Assembly (NCBI RefSeq): GCF_006345805.1
Contig: NW_021836944.1
Coordinates: 1-22,384 of the forward strand
Source of the DNA: Octopus sinensis
Lineage: Eukaryota
Length of the DNA: 22,384 bases
Reading direction: 5' to 3'
Numbering within the stretch: position 1 is the first letter of the stretch; each line of letters opens with the position of its first letter. Below, in pieces: positions 20,656 through 22,384 of this stretch. The notes beneath the pieces were generated by a model. It was not told where the DNA came from. It saw only the letters and a list, made by a program, of their open reading frames with translations, and searched no databases. The translations under genes were made by a program, and so were the position numbers.

Positions 20656-21070
20656 GGCGCAAGAGTGGCTGTGTGGTAAGTAGCTTGCTTACCAACCACA
20701 TGGTTCCGGGTTCAGTCCCACTGCGTGGCACCTTGGGCAAGTGTCTTCTACTATAGCCTCGGGCCGACCAAAGCCTTGTGAGTGGATTTGGTAGACGGAA
20801 ACTGAAAGAAGCCTGTCGTATATATGTATATATATATGTGTGTATGTGTGTGTGTATGTGTTTGTGTGTCTGTGTTTGTCCCTCTAGCATTGCTTGACAA
20901 CCGATGCTGGTGTGTTTACGTCCCCGTCACTTAGCGGTTCGGCAAAAGAGACCGATAGAATAAGTACTGGGCTTCCAAAGAATAAGTCCCGGGGTCGATT
21001 TGCTCGACTAAAGGCGGTGCTCCAGCATGGCCGCAGTCAAATGACTGAAACAAGTAAAAGAGTAAAAAGA
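20656..21070 (+). mobile_element. tRNA-head SINE family B, full length
   Basis: A box TGGCTGTGTGG, B box GGTTCAGTCCC, CORE-like CCTTGGGCAAGT, internal TA/TG microsatellite, hairpin tail and (GTAAAAGA)-type end. Confidence 0.92.
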
Positions 21071-21086
21071 GAGTTTTCTTCAGATT

Positions 21087-21565
21087 AATAATAAATCTCT
21101 GAGCGAGAGGTAAACACTAGCAGCACGGAAACGTGAAGTATATTTGCCACCTAACAGTGGCAGACCCATAGGGGACGGTGCTACTGTTGTTTATAGCCCC
21201 AGGAAGACGTCTCCTCCAGCTGGCTAACGACATACTGTCTGTGTCCGATTAGTATTTGCGAACTGAAATCATCGTTCCCATCTCTAGCCTTGCGTGATAC
21301 ACACAGACCCGGGTTTCTGAGTAGTAGCCCGTCATCAGCGTGTGACAGTCACCAGCTAGCGAGGAGAACGCATTCCAAACGCAAAATATCATATGCTTTT
21401 CCAGTGACAAACTGTCACTGATTTCGAAAAAGGAGAAACAAGCAATAATAAATCTATGAGCGAGAGATAGACAGTAGCAGCACGGAATCGTGAAGTATAT
21501 TTACCACCTAAATGTGGCGGACCCATAGAGGACGATGCTACTGTTGTTTATAGCCCCAGGAAGAC
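21087..21565 (-). mobile_element. Candidate non-LTR retrozyme: 357-bp unit x~1.35
   Basis: Diverged 122-bp direct repeats at 21087-21208 and 21444-21565 (period 357) surround a hammerhead within a long fold-back. No ORF. Confidence 0.7.
21294..21352 (-). ncRNA. Type I hammerhead ribozyme
   Basis: Minus reads GUGA-cugu-CACACG-CUGAUGA-cGGGcuacuaCUCa-GAAA-CCCGGG-UC^-UGUGUG-ua-UCAC. Intact core, GUC site and bulged stem I. Confidence 0.85.
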
Positions 21566-21616
21566 CTCTCTGTTTCATCAAAACTTTATTCGGAATGGTC
21601 GACTAATTAAATGTTA

Positions 21617-21959
21617 ATGGCTCAATGGTTAGAGCGTCTGACCTACAAGCATGAGGTTGTGAGCTCGATTCCCGGTTCGGGTTGTGTGTTGTGTTCTTGA
21701 GCAAGACACTTTATTTCACGTTGCTCCAGTTCACTCAGCTGTAGAAATGAGTTGCGACGTCACTGGTGCCAAGTTGTTTCGGCCTTTGCCTTTCCCTTGG
21801 ATAACAGTGAGTGGAGAGGGGAAGTTCGTGTGCATGGGGGACTGTTGGTCTTCCACAGACAACCTTACCCAGACTTGTGCCTCGGAGGAGAATTTTCTAG
21901 GTGCAATCCCATGGTCATTCATGACCGAAAGGAGCGGAGGGGGGTGTCTTTACCCTTTT
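21617..21959 (+). mobile_element. CORE-like SINE family D
   Basis: A and B boxes plus CORE-like segment. Homologous to 6225-7065. Confidence 0.85.
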
Positions 21960-22004
21960 AAAACGAAACAGCTTTCGATACCCACTTCTTAACCAATCAT
22001 ATTA

Positions 22005-22384
22005 TTTTACTTGTTTCAGTAATTTTGACTGCAGCCATGCTGGAGCACCGCCTTTAGTCGAGCAAATAGACCCCAGGATTTATTCTTTGTAAGCCTAGTA
22101 CTAATTCTATCGGTATCTTTTGCCAAACCGCTAAGTTACAGAGACGTTAACACACCAGCATCGGTTGTCAAGCGATGTTGGGGGCGGGGGTACACACACA
22201 AACATATACACACACAAACATATATATATATATATATACGACGGGCTTCTTTCAGTTTCCGTCTACCAAATCCACCCACAAGGCTTTGGTCGGCCCGAGG
22301 GTATAGTAGAAGATACTTGCCCAAGGTGCCACGCAGTGGGACTGAACCCAGAACCATGTGGTTGGTAAGCAAGCTACTTACCAC
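22005..22384 (-). mobile_element. SINE family B, runs off the window end
   Basis: Reverse-complement match to 20674-21059. Confidence 0.92.

Noticed and set aside
21087-21565. Direct repeats as LTRs of a TRIM/LTR element
   Set aside because: No TG...CA ends, primer-binding site or TSD seen. The internal hammerhead fits a retrozyme-like unit better.

Overview
Eukaryotic, AT-rich, microsatellite-dense non-genic DNA. The repeat families look like those of octopus (coleoid cephalopod), which is an inference from recalled repeats, not a search. I find no intact host gene; almost all listed ORFs are microsatellite or repeat read-through. The window is a nested mosaic of mobile elements: five short Helitron-type elements (5'-TC...hairpin-CTAG-3'), at least four tRNA-head SINE families, two decayed Tx1/L1-clade LINEs, a CR1-type LINE 3' end, a mariner 5' half, a Chapaev3-like transposase remnant, a GG-ended MITE carrying (TTAGGG)3, and Penelope-like fragments. 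The most notable signal is a near-canonical type I hammerhead ribozyme (minus strand, 21294-21352) inside a 357-bp, strongly self-complementary unit repeated about 1.35 times (21087-21565), i.e. a candidate retrozyme. Penelope-type minimal hammerheads also occur near 656-681, 899-934 and 1373-1406, and the first is split exactly after its GAAA by a Helitron insertion.
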